Below, in pieces: positions 9,622 through 20,035 of a DNA stretch of 64,000 bases (the stretch's first letter is position 1; the number at the start of each line of letters is the position of its first letter). The DNA lies in assembly GCA_043799545.1 (NCBI GenBank), contig JAZDNO010000004.1:32001-96000 (forward strand). The letters are read 5' to 3'. Origin of the DNA: Methanobacteriota archaeon. GTDB lineage: Archaea; Thermoplasmatota; Thermoplasmata; SG8-5; DAIRED01. The translations under genes were made by a program, and so were the position numbers. The notes below the pieces were generated by a model. The model saw only the letters and a list, made by a program, of their open reading frames with translations, was not told where the DNA came from and searched no databases.

Positions 9622-11139
9622 ATGTCCAACGACAATGATAAGAAGAAGGTTTTGACCAACAACTTCGGCGCACCGGTGGACGACGACCAGAACAGCGCGA
9701 CCGCCGGGAGCGGCGGGCCGATCCTCATGCAGGACGCACACCTGCTGGAGAAACTCGGGCACTTCGATCGCGAGCGGATACCGGAAAGAGTTGTGCACGC
9801 CAAGGGCGCTGGAGCCTACGGCTACTTCGAGGTCACGGCGGACGTGACGAAATACACGAAGGCGAGATTCCTCAGCCAGGTCGGCAAGAAAACCGAGGTA
9901 TTCGCCCGCTTCTCGACCGTGGGCGGGGAGAAGGGTTCGGCAGATGCAGAGCGGGATCCGCGCGGCTTCGCGGTCAAGTTCTATACCGAGGACGGCAACT
10001 ACGACATGGTCGGCAACAACACTCCGGTATTCTTCATCCGCGACCCGCTGAAGTTTCCGGACTTCATACACACACAGAAGCGCAATCCAAAGACGAACCT
10101 AAAGGACCCCGACATGTTCTGGGATTTCCTGTCCCTCACGCCGGAGGCCATCCACCAGGTCACCATCCTCTTTTCCGACAGGGGGACGCCGAGAACGTTC
10201 AGGCACATGAACGGGTACGGCAGCCACACCTTCATGTGGTACAACGTGAAGGGGGAGCACTGCTGGGTCAAGCTGCACTTCAAGACGGAGCAGAAGGTGC
10301 AGAACCTCACTCGCGAGGAGGCAGACGCCATGAAGAGTAGGGATCCGGACCACGCGACGCGGGACCTGCACGACTCAATCGCAAAGGGGGAATTCCCATC
10401 TTGGCGGCTCGAGGTACAGATTATGACTCCGGAGCAGGCTGAGAAAGCCAACTTCGACCCGTTCGACGTCACGAAGGTGATGCCGCATGCGGAGTTTCCG
10501 CCGATTACGGTCGGTCGCCTGGTTCTGAATCGCAACCCCGAGAACTATTTCGCCGAGGTGGAGCAGGCCGCGTTCTCGCCAGCGAACTTCGTGCCAGGAA
10601 TAGGGCCGTCACCGGACAAGCTGCTGCAGGGGAGGCTTTTCAGCTACCACGACACCCACCTGCACCGCTTGGGCACGAACTACCATCTCATCCCCGTCAA
10701 CGCGCCCAAGGCTGCAAAGATGGACAACTACCAGCGCGACGGCTTCATGTATGCCTCGCCGCCAGGCGGTGGGCATCCGAACTACTACCCGAACAGCATG
10801 GGCGGTCCCGCACCCGACATCAAGGCTCAGATGCCCCAGCTGGCGATTTCGGGGAAGGCCGCGAGGCAGAGGTATTCCCACCCCAACGACGACTACGTGC
10901 AGGCTGGAGACCTGTATCGCAAGGTCATGACGGATACCGACCGGACGCGGTTGATCGGAAATATCGTTGCCCACTTAGGTGGCGCCCAGAAGCGCATCCA
11001 GCTCAGGCAGGCTGCGATTTTCTACAAGGCCGACGCGGACTACGGGGGTAGGGTCGCCGAAGGTCTTGGTCTGGACATCAAGAGGGTCGGGGAGCTTTCC
11101 GAGATGGGTCATGAGGAGAGGGCGAAGGCGACCTTATAG
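9622..11139 (+). CDS. katA: Monofunctional small-subunit haem catalase
   Basis: [15 protein letters not shown] (distal His), [15 protein letters not shown] (proximal Tyr). Confidence 0.95.
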   Translation: MSNDNDKKKVLTNNFGAPVDDDQNSATAGSGGPILMQDAHLLEKLGHFDRERIPERVVHAKGAGAYGYFEVTADVTKYTKARFLSQVGKKTEVFARFSTVGGEKGSADAERDPRGFAVKFYTEDGNYDMVGNNTPVFFIRDPLKFPDFIHTQKRNPKTNLKDPDMFWDFLSLTPEAIHQVTILFSDRGTPRTFRHMNGYGSHTFMWYNVKGEHCWVKLHFKTEQKVQNLTREEADAMKSRDPDHATRDLHDSIAKGEFPSWRLEVQIMTPEQAEKANFDPFDVTKVMPHAEFPPITVGRLVLNRNPENYFAEVEQAAFSPANFVPGIGPSPDKLLQGRLFSYHDTHLHRLGTNYHLIPVNAPKAAKMDNYQRDGFMYASPPGGGHPNYYPNSMGGPAPDIKAQMPQLAISGKAARQRYSHPNDDYVQAGDLYRKVMTDTDRTRLIGNIVAHLGGAQKRIQLRQAAIFYKADADYGGRVAEGLGLDIKRVGELSEMGHEERAKATL

Positions 11140-11237
11140 GCAATATTGAGAACTAGGAAAGGGATTTGGCAGCTAGCCTTCTGAGCCCTCGTCAATATCT
11201 TGATATGCCCGAAATCAGATTCATTCCCGGTGATAAC

Positions 11238-12023
11238 ATGAAAGTTGTGGACCTCGACCCGGCGTATGTCGACGAATACCTCGTGTGCCTTGAGGATTGG
11301 AGCCCCGAGATGAAGGAGGCGGGGGATCGCAAGCGCCAGTGGTACCAACGATTCAAAGATCAAGGTTTGCGCGTCAAGCTCGCGGTGGACGACAAAGGCA
11401 CAGTCGGCGGCATGATTCAGTATCTGCCAATCGAGAAATCGTTCGCCGACGGCGAGGGGCTCTACATGATTCTATGCATCTGGGTCCACGGCTACAAGGA
11501 GGGGCGCGGCGACTACAGGAAGAAGGGGATGGGCAGCGCGCTCATCAAGGCCGCTGAGGAGGACGCGAGGGCGCTCGGCGCGAAGGGAATCGCCGCCTGG
11601 GGCATCTCGATGCCTTTCTGGATGAAGGCGTCGTGGTTCAAGAAGTACGGCTTCGAGGTTGCGGACAAGAACGGCATGATAGTGCTGTTATGGAAGCCGT
11701 TCGCTGAGGACGCGAAGAAGCCAAAGTGGATTCCGGAGGCATTCGACGTGCCGTTGGCGCCAGGCAAAGTGAACGTGACCGCCTTCACGAACGGCTGGTG
11801 CCCGGCCAGCAACATAGTGTACGAGCGGGCCAAGCGAGCGTCCAAGGAATTCGGCGACAAGGTGAATTTCGTCGAGATAGATACATCGGATAAATCTGTC
11901 GTCTGCAAGTGCGGCCATTCGGACGCGTTCTTCATCGACGGGAAACAGGTGAGGACGGGACCGCCGCCGACTTACGAGAAGATTCGGAAAATGATTGAGA
12001 AGAAAGCGAAGAAGATAAAGTGA
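11238..12023 (+). CDS. GNAT acetyltransferase with C-terminal thioredoxin-like (YoaP-like) domain
   Basis: ILCIWV; RKKGMGSAL acetyl-CoA motif; NGWCP; FFIDGK. Confidence 0.7.
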   Translation: MKVVDLDPAYVDEYLVCLEDWSPEMKEAGDRKRQWYQRFKDQGLRVKLAVDDKGTVGGMIQYLPIEKSFADGEGLYMILCIWVHGYKEGRGDYRKKGMGSALIKAAEEDARALGAKGIAAWGISMPFWMKASWFKKYGFEVADKNGMIVLLWKPFAEDAKKPKWIPEAFDVPLAPGKVNVTAFTNGWCPASNIVYERAKRASKEFGDKVNFVEIDTSDKSVVCKCGHSDAFFIDGKQVRTGPPPTYEKIRKMIEKKAKKIK

Positions 12024-12083
12024 CGCATCCATCGTGCCGATCTCGTTACGTTTATATCCGTCGTCGTGCGTTGAGCGCCCGTC

Positions 12084-13277
12084 ATGCCGCGTTTCGTCAA
12101 GGGGATGGTACTCAGCGAGCGGTTCTTCCGCGAAGTCGTCGAGAGCATCGTGCACGACAAGCATCCCGGTCTGAAATATTCCGCAGGCCTGCTCGGGTAC
12201 GGTTCCGAGGTGCTGGGGCTCGATTCTGCGCGCTCCACGGACCACGAATGGGGGCCGTGCGTCCAGCTATTCCTCGAACCAGCAGACTTCGGAAAGAGAA
12301 ACCGCATCCTCAGGACTCTGGCCGAAAAGCTCCCGCCTGAGTTCATGGGATTCTGCACGAACTTCGAGAGGGATGCTCCGGGTGAATCCAGGGTGGCGAA
12401 GCGGTCCGGGAAGGGGGCGCCTATCAACCACAAGGTCGAAGTCCACACAGCCGCTTCTTTCTTCAAGGACTACATGGGGCTGGACATCAAGAGAAAGATG
12501 AGACCAATCGATTGGCTCACGACGTCGGAGCAGAAGCTTGCGACTGTGCGCGCCGGCACGCTGTTCAGGGACGACCTGGACATGGAACGCTTGCGGGAGA
12601 AATTACGATACTATCCCCGTGACATCTGGCTCTACCTGCTGGCCTCCGAATGGGCGAAGCTTGGCCAGGAGGAGCCGTTCGTGGGCCGATGCGGCGAGGC
12701 CGGCGACGACATGGGCTCGCGGCTCGTCGCCGCCAGGCTCGTCCACACGGTGATGCGGCTCTGCTTCCTGATGGAGCGTGAGTACGCACCTTACAGCAAG
12801 TGGTTTGGCACGGCGTTCTCGAAGCTGGAGTGCGCGCGGGTCATCGCCCCGTCGCTCAACGGCGCGCTCTCCGCGGGGGACTGGAAAACGCGGGAGGAGA
12901 ACCTCTCGATGGCTTACGAGTTCGTCGCGGCGAAGCACAACGAGCAGGGAATCACCAAACCGCTGGATTCGAAGGTGTCGCAGTTCCATGACAGACCGTA
13001 TTTAGTCATCCACGGCGATTCTTTCGCGTCCGAGATACGGAAGAAGATTCGCGACCCAGTGGTGAAACGGCTGCCTCCGAACCTGGGGTCGGTCAACCAG
13101 TTTTCGAGCACTGTGGACCTGCTGGACGACGACAGGCTTCTGCGACGGCTGGAGTGTTTGTACAGCCCGCTAGAAGCGAGCAACACGGAAAGGGTTTTCT
13201 TCCCCTCTACGCCTTCTGGCCAGCCATTTTCTTCTTCAGGTGCGGTATCAGCCCGCCGTCGGTCAGAATCTCCATGA
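12084..13277 (+). CDS. DUF4037-domain (nucleotidyltransferase-like) protein
   Basis: GYGSEVLGLDSARSTDHEWGP; APYSKWFGTAF; last 71 nt overlap the convergent leuD-like gene. Confidence 0.75.
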   Translation: MPRFVKGMVLSERFFREVVESIVHDKHPGLKYSAGLLGYGSEVLGLDSARSTDHEWGPCVQLFLEPADFGKRNRILRTLAEKLPPEFMGFCTNFERDAPGESRVAKRSGKGAPINHKVEVHTAASFFKDYMGLDIKRKMRPIDWLTTSEQKLATVRAGTLFRDDLDMERLREKLRYYPRDIWLYLLASEWAKLGQEEPFVGRCGEAGDDMGSRLVAARLVHTVMRLCFLMEREYAPYSKWFGTAFSKLECARVIAPSLNGALSAGDWKTREENLSMAYEFVAAKHNEQGITKPLDSKVSQFHDRPYLVIHGDSFASEIRKKIRDPVVKRLPPNLGSVNQFSSTVDLLDDDRLLRRLECLYSPLEASNTERVFFPSTPSGQPFSSSGAVSARRRSESP

Positions 13278-13704
13278 TGAACGGCGGCAGTGGTCTGAAC
13301 GTCACGACCTCGCCAGTGCGCAGTATCTTCACAGTCCCTGCAGCCATATCGAACTCTATCTCGTCACCCTTTTGCAGCTTGTCTACTAGCTCCGGCGCCT
13401 GTATCACTGGCAGGCCGAGATTGATTGCATTGCGGTAGAAGATGCGCGCGAACGATTTTGCTACAACCGCCTGCACTCCAGCCACGGAAAGGCACGTCGC
13501 GGCCTGCTCTCTTGACGAACCGCAGCCGAAGTTGCGCCCCCCGACGACTATGTCGCCCGGCTTGACGCCCTTGGCGAACTCCTTGTCCAGGTCTTCCATC
13601 GCCACAGAGGCCAGGAACTTGGTGTCGTAGTTGGCCAGATGCCTTCCGGGCAGTATGACGTCCGTGTTTATGTCGTCGCCGTACTTCCAGACCTTTCCAT
13701 TCAT
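13207..13704 (-). CDS. leuD: Isopropylmalate dehydratase/homoaconitase small subunit (LeuD/HacB family; substrate not determinable)
   Basis: WKYGDDINTD.I.P; NFGCGSSREQA; SFARIFYRNAIN.GLP. Confidence 0.88.
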   Translation of the reverse strand: MNGKVWKYGDDINTDVILPGRHLANYDTKFLASVAMEDLDKEFAKGVKPGDIVVGGRNFGCGSSREQAATCLSVAGVQAVVAKSFARIFYRNAINLGLPVIQAPELVDKLQKGDEIEFDMAAGTVKILRTGEVVTFRPLPPFIMEILTDGGLIPHLKKKMAGQKA

Positions 13705-14966
13705 TGCACATACCTCCTTGGGTCTGCAATGGCGCCCTCAAGCGCGGAAGCAGCCACCGCTGCGGGGGAAGCCAGGTAGACCTCAGACGTGGGGTCGCCC
13801 ATCCTTCCTTTGAAGTTCCTGTTCGTCGAGGAGATGCAGCGCTCGCCTGCGGCCATGATGCCCTCGTGCGCTCCGAGGCATGGCCCGCATCCGGGGTTGA
13901 TGACGACCCCGCCAGCGGTAACGTACGTAGCCAGAATCCCTTTCTTCGACGCTGCTATATAGACCTCACGTGACGCTGGCGCAACGATGAGGCGCACGTT
14001 CTTGTGCACGAACTTCCCCTTCAGAATTGCGGCCCCCTCGGCCAAATCCTCCAAGCGACCGTTTGTGCAGGAGCCGATAATCGCCTGGTTGATTGGGGTG
14101 CCAACGACCGCAGAAATCGGTTTCACGTTGTCCACGGCGTGCGGGCAGGCAATCTGCGGCTCGAGAGTCGAGACGTCGTACTTGAGCTTCTTATCGTACT
14201 TCGCGCCAGGGTCGGCGTAGACGGGTGTGAACTGCCTCTTCGCCCGGCCGTCCAGGTACTTCAGCGTCTTCTTGTCCGGCGGGCAAATCGCCGCCTTCGC
14301 GCCCATCTCCATGGACATGTTGCAGATGGTCATGCGCCCGCCGACTGACATCGAGGTTATTGTGGAGCCGTAGAACTCCACAGAAGCGTAGTCCGCGCCG
14401 TCTGCCTTGATGTCGCCGATTATCTTCAATATCAAATCCTTGGGGTAGACCCCCTTCGGAAACTTGCCCCGGACGCTAATCTTGATGCTCTTTGGCACCA
14501 TCAGCCATAGCGAGCCAGTAGCCCAGACTCCGGCCATCTCGGTCGCTCCGATTCCGGTGCTGAATGCCCCCAGCGCCCCGTAGGTCGTCGTGTGGCTGTC
14601 CGTGCCGACGATTAGCTCCCCCGGAAGGGCGTAGCCGTGCTCTGGCATGACCTGATGGCATATCCCCTCCTTGATGTCGAAGAAGTTCGGGAGGCCCTGC
14701 GCGGCCACGAACTCGCGTATCTTCTTGTGGCCTTCGGCGGTCTTGATGTCGTTCGCCGGAACCCTGTGGTCCATGAGGAGGACTATCTTGTCCTTGTCCC
14801 AAACATTGGGAACACCAATTGAGGCGAAGTGCTTCGACACGAGCGCCGCGTTGTCGTGCGACATCGCCCTGTCGACCTTCGCGTCGACAATCTCACCCAC
14901 TTCCACAGATTCCTTTCCGCCAGCTCTGGCCAAAACCTTCTGCGCTATCGTTTTTCCAACAGGCAT
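13701..14966 (-). CDS. leuC: Isopropylmalate dehydratase/homoaconitase large subunit (LeuC/HacA family; substrate not determinable)
   Basis: DSHTTTYGA; IGSCTNGR; PGCGPCLG; STNRNFKGRMG. Confidence 0.9.
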   Translation of the reverse strand: MPVGKTIAQKVLARAGGKESVEVGEIVDAKVDRAMSHDNAALVSKHFASIGVPNVWDKDKIVLLMDHRVPANDIKTAEGHKKIREFVAAQGLPNFFDIKEGICHQVMPEHGYALPGELIVGTDSHTTTYGALGAFSTGIGATEMAGVWATGSLWLMVPKSIKISVRGKFPKGVYPKDLILKIIGDIKADGADYASVEFYGSTITSMSVGGRMTICNMSMEMGAKAAICPPDKKTLKYLDGRAKRQFTPVYADPGAKYDKKLKYDVSTLEPQIACPHAVDNVKPISAVVGTPINQAIIGSCTNGRLEDLAEGAAILKGKFVHKNVRLIVAPASREVYIAASKKGILATYVTAGGVVINPGCGPCLGAHEGIMAAGERCISSTNRNFKGRMGDPTSEVYLASPAAVAASALEGAIADPRRYVQ

Positions 14967-15258
14967 GTGCTCGCCCCGCAGTGGAATCATGCAACAGGTA
15001 TAAAACTGATACTGTGCATAACATCCTGATGATGGCCATCGGGTTTAAAAACGCTCGAAATTCCAAACGGCCATGCACCAGCGCCATCTGCTACTCTTTT
15101 ATATAACAACCGTTATAAACCCCTTCCCTTTCATAGGGGGAGCCGCCTTCTGAGGGTCTGTGGCCTTCTACGGCGGGCGCACCTCGTGTGTCACAAGCAT
15201 ACTCGGTGCGCGACGGGCGCACACGATGCGCGATACTAAACCAAAAGGTCGTGAACTG

Positions 15259-15687
15259 ATGGCAAGGGGATTACACACAGCACGCAAGCTCCGGGACGAC
15301 AGGCAGGCCTCCCGCTGGAGCGACAGGTACTACAAGAAGAGGGTTCTCCACCTAAAGGAGAAAGCAGATCCCTTGGAGGGGTCAGCTCAGGGCAGGGGCA
15401 TAGTCCTGGAGAAGGTCGGAGTCGAGGCCAAGCAGCCCAACTCCGGCATCCGCAAGTGCGTCAAGGTCCAGCTTATAAAAAACGGCCGCCAGATAACCGC
15501 GTTCGCGGTCGGTGACGGGGCCATCAACTTCATAGACGAGCACGATGAAGTCCTTGTGGAGGGAATCGGGGGCCGCATGGGCCGTTCCTACGGTGACATC
15601 CCCGGCGTGCGTTTCAAGGTCATCAAGGTCAACAACGTTTCGCTGGACGAGCTTGTCCGCGGGCGCAAGGAGAAACCAGTGAGGTGA
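15259..15687 (+). CDS. rps12: 30S ribosomal protein uS12 (archaeal)
   Basis: [18 protein letters not shown]; [10 protein letters not shown]. Confidence 0.98.
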   Translation: MARGLHTARKLRDDRQASRWSDRYYKKRVLHLKEKADPLEGSAQGRGIVLEKVGVEAKQPNSGIRKCVKVQLIKNGRQITAFAVGDGAINFIDEHDEVLVEGIGGRMGRSYGDIPGVRFKVIKVNNVSLDELVRGRKEKPVR

Positions 15688-15691
15688 TGAA

Positions 15692-16471
15692 ATGGCCGAC
15701 GAAGACAAGCAGATTGCACCTGCACCCGAGACGCCAAAGCCTGAGCCGTCCAAACCCGAGACACCGAAAACTGAGGTGCCCGCACTGGAGTCGGTACCTG
15801 CAAGGACGCCCCGCGAGGCTCCTCTCAGAGACGCCGCCCCAGCCGACGATTTGGCCGCCGATGCCCCAAAAATTGTCAAGCCGAAAAAGAAGGTCCCGCA
15901 CGCGGCGACCCAGCTTAGGCTCTTCGGCAAGTACGACTTCACGGAGGTCGTGGTTCACGACGCCGGCCTGCTGAGATACGTCAACCTAGATCCGGTCGGC
16001 ACGCCGTACAGCGGCGCGCGCCACGCCAACCGCTCTTTCGGCAAATCGCACGTCAACATCGTCGAGCGTCTCATAAACAGCATGATGAGGACTGAGGTTT
16101 ACACAGGGAAGAAGGTAAAGGCATATTCAGCGGTAAAGAAGGCGTTTGCGATAATCGCAGCCCAGACCAAAACGAACCCCATCCAGGTATTCGTCGATGC
16201 TCTGGAGAACGCGGCGCCGCGCGAGGAAGTCACCCGTTTGAAGTACGGAGGAATCTCCGTGCCGAAGGCGGTCGACGTGAGTTCGGCCAGGCGCCTCGAC
16301 ACCGCACTCAGGAACCTCGCGAACGGCACAATCGCTGCCTCGTACAAGAGCACCAAGAGCATCGAGCAGTGCCTTGCCAACGAGCTGATGCTCGCGGCCA
16401 AGAAGGACATGAACAGCTTCTCTGTCGCCAAGAAAGAGGAGGTCGAGCGCGTAGCCGGCTCTGCCAGGTAA
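15692..16471 (+). CDS. rps7: 30S ribosomal protein uS7 with Pro/Glu/Ala-rich N-terminal extension
   Basis: NPIQVFVDALENAAPREEVTRLKYGGI; VDVSSARRLD; KEEVERVA.SAR. Confidence 0.97.
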   Translation: MADEDKQIAPAPETPKPEPSKPETPKTEVPALESVPARTPREAPLRDAAPADDLAADAPKIVKPKKKVPHAATQLRLFGKYDFTEVVVHDAGLLRYVNLDPVGTPYSGARHANRSFGKSHVNIVERLINSMMRTEVYTGKKVKAYSAVKKAFAIIAAQTKTNPIQVFVDALENAAPREEVTRLKYGGISVPKAVDVSSARRLDTALRNLANGTIAASYKSTKSIEQCLANELMLAAKKDMNSFSVAKKEEVERVAGSAR

Positions 16472-16501
16472 TCGCAGCTTGATTAACGGAACGGTGTAGT
16501 T

Positions 16502-18703
16502 ATGGGACGCAAGGAAGAGAACATAAAGAAATCGCAGGCATTGATGACTAAGCCGAAGCAGATACGCAACATCGGTACGGCCGCGCACATAGACCACGGC
16601 AAGACCACATTCAGCGACAACCTGATTGCTGGTGCCGGTATGATGTCGGAGGATTTGGCAGGCAAGCAGCTCATGCTCGATTTCGATGAGCAGGAGCAGG
16701 CCCGCGGAATCACGATAAACGCGGCGAACGCCTCGATGGTCCACGTATACAAGGGCCAGGAATATCTCATCAACCTCATAGACACGCCAGGCCACGTGGA
16801 TTTCGGAGGCGACGTCACGAGGGCGATGCGTGCCATAGACGGCGTTTTCATCCTCGCCTGCGCCGTCGAGGGTGTAATGCCCCAGACAGAGACTGTCATC
16901 CGCCAGGCAATCAAGGAGAAGGTCAAGCCAATCCTCTTCATCAACAAGGTCGACCGCCTCATCAACGAGCTGAAGGTCACGCCCGAGCAGATGCAAACTC
17001 GACTGACAGGAATCATCACGGAAGTCAACGGCAAGATACTCAAGCTTCTGCCCGACGAGCTGAAGAAGGAATGGGCGCTGGACGTCACTGGCGGCACCGT
17101 CGCATTCGGCTCCGCATACCATAACTGGGCGATTTCCGTCCCGTACATGAAGAAGTCAGGAATCTCGTTCAAGGACATCTACCAATTCTGCGCAGAGGGA
17201 AAGCAGAAGGAGCTGGCAAAGAAGGCCCCGATACACGAGGTCATCCTGGACATAGTCATAGAGCACATGCCCAACCCGCTCGACGCCCAGAAGCTAAGAG
17301 TCCCCCAGATTTGGAAGGGCGACCCGGAGTCAGAGGTGGGCAAAGCCATGGTCCACTGCGACCCGAACGGCCCGGTGGCGATGATGGTCACAAAGATTAT
17401 TGTCGACCCGCACGCCGGCGAGGTGGCAATAGGCAGATTGTTCTCGGGCAGGGTTGCCCGCGGGCTGGACCTGTTCGTCAGCGGCATGCCAAACAAGAAC
17501 CGGGTCCAGCAAGTGGCACTCGCCGTCGGTGCGGACCGTATCCCCGTGGACGAGATAGCGGCCGGAAACATCGTCGCCGTCGTGGGCCTCAAGGACGCCA
17601 TCTCCGGCTCGACCATATCGTCTGACCAGTCGATGGACGCGTTCGAGAAGATGGTTCACTACTCCGAGCCAGTGGTCACGGTCGCCATAGAAGCCAAGCA
17701 CATGAAGGACCTGCCGAAGCTGGTCGAGGTGCTGCGCACAATCGCAAAGGCCGACCCGTCCATCCAGGTCGAAATCAACCAGGAGACCGGGGAGCACCTG
17801 ATGTCGGGCATGGGCGAGCTTCACCTGGAAATCACCCAGTACAGGATAGTCAAGGAGCACGGGGTCGAGATAAAGGCCTCGCAACCCATCGTCGTCTTCC
17901 GCGAGTGCGTCGAGGGCCTGGGGGGCCCCTTCGAGGGAAAGTCTCCCAACAAGCACAACAAGTTCTACATCGAGGCCATGCCCCTCGACCCGGCCATAGT
18001 CAAGGCCATCAAGTCCGGCGAGATACAGGTCGGCCAGAGGATAAAGGACTCGAAGGCGCTGGCCAAGCAGCTGCAGGACCTCGGCATGGAGAAGGACGAG
18101 TCAAAGAGCGTGGCCGCCGTGGAGGAGACCAACATCCTCATAGACGCCACGAAGGGAATCCAGAACCTCCACGAGACGATGGAGCTGGTCATAGACTCGT
18201 TCCGAGAGGCGATGAACAAGGGTCCGCTGGCCGACGAGAAGTGCATGGGGATGAAGCTGCGGCTCGTCGACGCCAAGCTGCACGAGGACTCAATACACAG
18301 GGGACCCGGCCAGGTGATTCCGGCGGCCAGGCTTTCCATTTACGGTGCGATGTGCCAGGGCGGCCGCATCCTACTGGAGCCGAAGCAGAAGGTCTTCATC
18401 AACTGCCCGCAGGACGTCATGGGTGACGCGATGAGGGAGCTGCAGCAGAGGCGCTCGGTCATCGAGGACATCCAGCAGGAGGGCGAGAACGCCGACATCC
18501 TGTCGAAGGCGCCAGTCGCCGAGATGTTCGGCTTCGCTTCCGCGATACGCGGCGCGACGCAGGGCCGCGCGCTCTGGTCTACCGAGAACGCCGGTTTCGA
18601 ACGCCTGCCTCGCGAGCTGCAGACAAAGGTCGTGGCGGAGATACGCACGCGCAAGGGCCTCAAGCCAGAGCCGTACAACGAGGCGTACTACTCAGGGGCG
18701 TAA
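16502..18703 (+). CDS. fusA: Elongation factor EF-2
   Basis: AHIDHGKTT, RGITI, DTPGHVDF, NKVD; diphthamide-loop His in LHEDSIHRG. Confidence 0.98.
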   Translation: MGRKEENIKKSQALMTKPKQIRNIGTAAHIDHGKTTFSDNLIAGAGMMSEDLAGKQLMLDFDEQEQARGITINAANASMVHVYKGQEYLINLIDTPGHVDFGGDVTRAMRAIDGVFILACAVEGVMPQTETVIRQAIKEKVKPILFINKVDRLINELKVTPEQMQTRLTGIITEVNGKILKLLPDELKKEWALDVTGGTVAFGSAYHNWAISVPYMKKSGISFKDIYQFCAEGKQKELAKKAPIHEVILDIVIEHMPNPLDAQKLRVPQIWKGDPESEVGKAMVHCDPNGPVAMMVTKIIVDPHAGEVAIGRLFSGRVARGLDLFVSGMPNKNRVQQVALAVGADRIPVDEIAAGNIVAVVGLKDAISGSTISSDQSMDAFEKMVHYSEPVVTVAIEAKHMKDLPKLVEVLRTIAKADPSIQVEINQETGEHLMSGMGELHLEITQYRIVKEHGVEIKASQPIVVFRECVEGLGGPFEGKSPNKHNKFYIEAMPLDPAIVKAIKSGEIQVGQRIKDSKALAKQLQDLGMEKDESKSVAAVEETNILIDATKGIQNLHETMELVIDSFREAMNKGPLADEKCMGMKLRLVDAKLHEDSIHRGPGQVIPAARLSIYGAMCQGGRILLEPKQKVFINCPQDVMGDAMRELQQRRSVIEDIQQEGENADILSKAPVAEMFGFASAIRGATQGRALWSTENAGFERLPRELQTKVVAEIRTRKGLKPEPYNEAYYSGA

Positions 18704-18738
18704 AATCGTTCCAGTAAATCCCTTTAATTTTCGGTTTC

Positions 18739-19335
18739 TCATCTGGATATCCGGACCTTCGCTTCATTGTGTCTGGCCTTTCCGCGCTCCTCCCAGACCC
18801 AGAACGCACCTATCGTCAGATGGTAGCCGACCCTGGGAGCGGTCTGGATGAGGCAATGAATCTTGCGCTGGGAGTACCTGACATTCCAGAAGAGTTCTGG
18901 CGAGTAATCGAGAACGTACTTTCTCTTCCTAATGGCGACAATCAACTCGAGCCAGGCTTCGGCAGGAATCGGATATCCGCTTTTTTCGGCCTCGCGAAGC
19001 TCGTCCAAGGCGTATTTGACGTCCACCATGGAAATACCGCATTCGTTGGATGGGTGGCTGTGGTATCCCCCCACAAGCGCCACGCCACGCATGTATGATA
19101 GCGCACGCAAGACCTTTCTCGTGCGCACTCCCCCGCCGTCGCTCTCCTCAACGCTGGTGGGTTTCCGCCTCGCCGTCTGCTGGGGGTGGGCGCTGCATAT
19201 CTTCAGCCTTCTGCCGGGTTCCTCCCCGCGTTTGCACTTCCCCAGCAGGAATCCCGTGCACTCGCGGTTGTAGGTCTCTATTGCGGACGCGCAAAGGTCC
19301 ACGAACGCGCCGGGCTCTATGAGTATCTCCCGCAT
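18739..19335 (-). CDS. JAMM/MPN+ (Mov34) metalloprotease-like protein
   Basis: Complete motif E...HSH-x7-S-x2-D (RECTGFLLG...GYHSHPSNECGISMVD). Confidence 0.75.
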   Translation of the reverse strand: MREILIEPGAFVDLCASAIETYNRECTGFLLGKCKRGEEPGRRLKICSAHPQQTARRKPTSVEESDGGGVRTRKVLRALSYMRGVALVGGYHSHPSNECGISMVDVKYALDELREAEKSGYPIPAEAWLELIVAIRKRKYVLDYSPELFWNVRYSQRKIHCLIQTAPRVGYHLTIGAFWVWEERGKARHNEAKVRISR

Positions 19336-19459
19336 GTCGGGGGATAATGTGCGTGGCGAGTACTTAACCCCCTTAGCTCTTGGCAGATTCGGGATATTTT
19401 ATATATCCGTATCCGTATCCTCAAGAAGGCAGCCGCCCAGGCTGTCCTGGTTGTGTGAA

Positions 19460-20035
19460 ATGCGCTGGCTCGACCGCAAGATAAACAGCATCAAGGCGCC
19501 CATCCCCGGGGTAGAATACACGGGGGACGTCGTGGCGCGGATATCTGGCAAAATTGAAGGAAAACTCGTCCTGGGCGTGCACCACGGGCTCTGGACCCAC
19601 GAACCGACGTACCTTCAGGTCGATGGTGGAGCGCTGGTCAAGGTGGATGGATCGGTCCAGTTCTACGGCGGCAACATCATCCGCGTTGAACCTGGGGCAG
19701 AGCTGCACATGGGCAACGGCACGCTGGTCAACATGCGAACGTCCATAAGCGTGATAAAAAAGGTCAGCATAGGCTCTGACTGCCTCATCGCGGCGGAGGT
19801 GGCCATCCGGGACAATGACGGCCACAGGCTGGAGGGCACCGAGTGGGTGGAGCCGGTGACCATCGGGAACAAGGTGTGGCTGGGCTACAGGGTGACGGTG
19901 CTCAAGGGCGTGACCATCGGCGACGGGGCGGTCGTAGCGGCTGGCTCGGTCGTCACCTCGGACATGCCAGCACGCTCGCTCGCGGCCGGCAACCCGGCCA
20001 GGGTCATAAGGGGGGACGTGAAATGGAGCCCATAG
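19460..20035 (+). CDS. Hexapeptide-repeat O-acyltransferase (LbH)
   Basis: PVTIGNKVWLG..VTVLKGVTIGDGAVVAAGSVVT; AGNPARVI. Confidence 0.88.
   Translation: MRWLDRKINSIKAPIPGVEYTGDVVARISGKIEGKLVLGVHHGLWTHEPTYLQVDGGALVKVDGSVQFYGGNIIRVEPGAELHMGNGTLVNMRTSISVIKKVSIGSDCLIAAEVAIRDNDGHRLEGTEWVEPVTIGNKVWLGYRVTVLKGVTIGDGAVVAAGSVVTSDMPARSLAAGNPARVIRGDVKWSP

Noticed and set aside
9622-11139. Catalase as a novelty
   Set aside because: Ordinary monofunctional catalase; such genes are common in anaerobic archaea
16127-17178. Long antisense ORFs over rps7/fusA, and similar shadows over catalase, ppdK, ChlI and TPR genes (e.g. 25024-26715)
   Set aside because: Typical shadow ORFs of GC-rich coding DNA with no recognisable motifs
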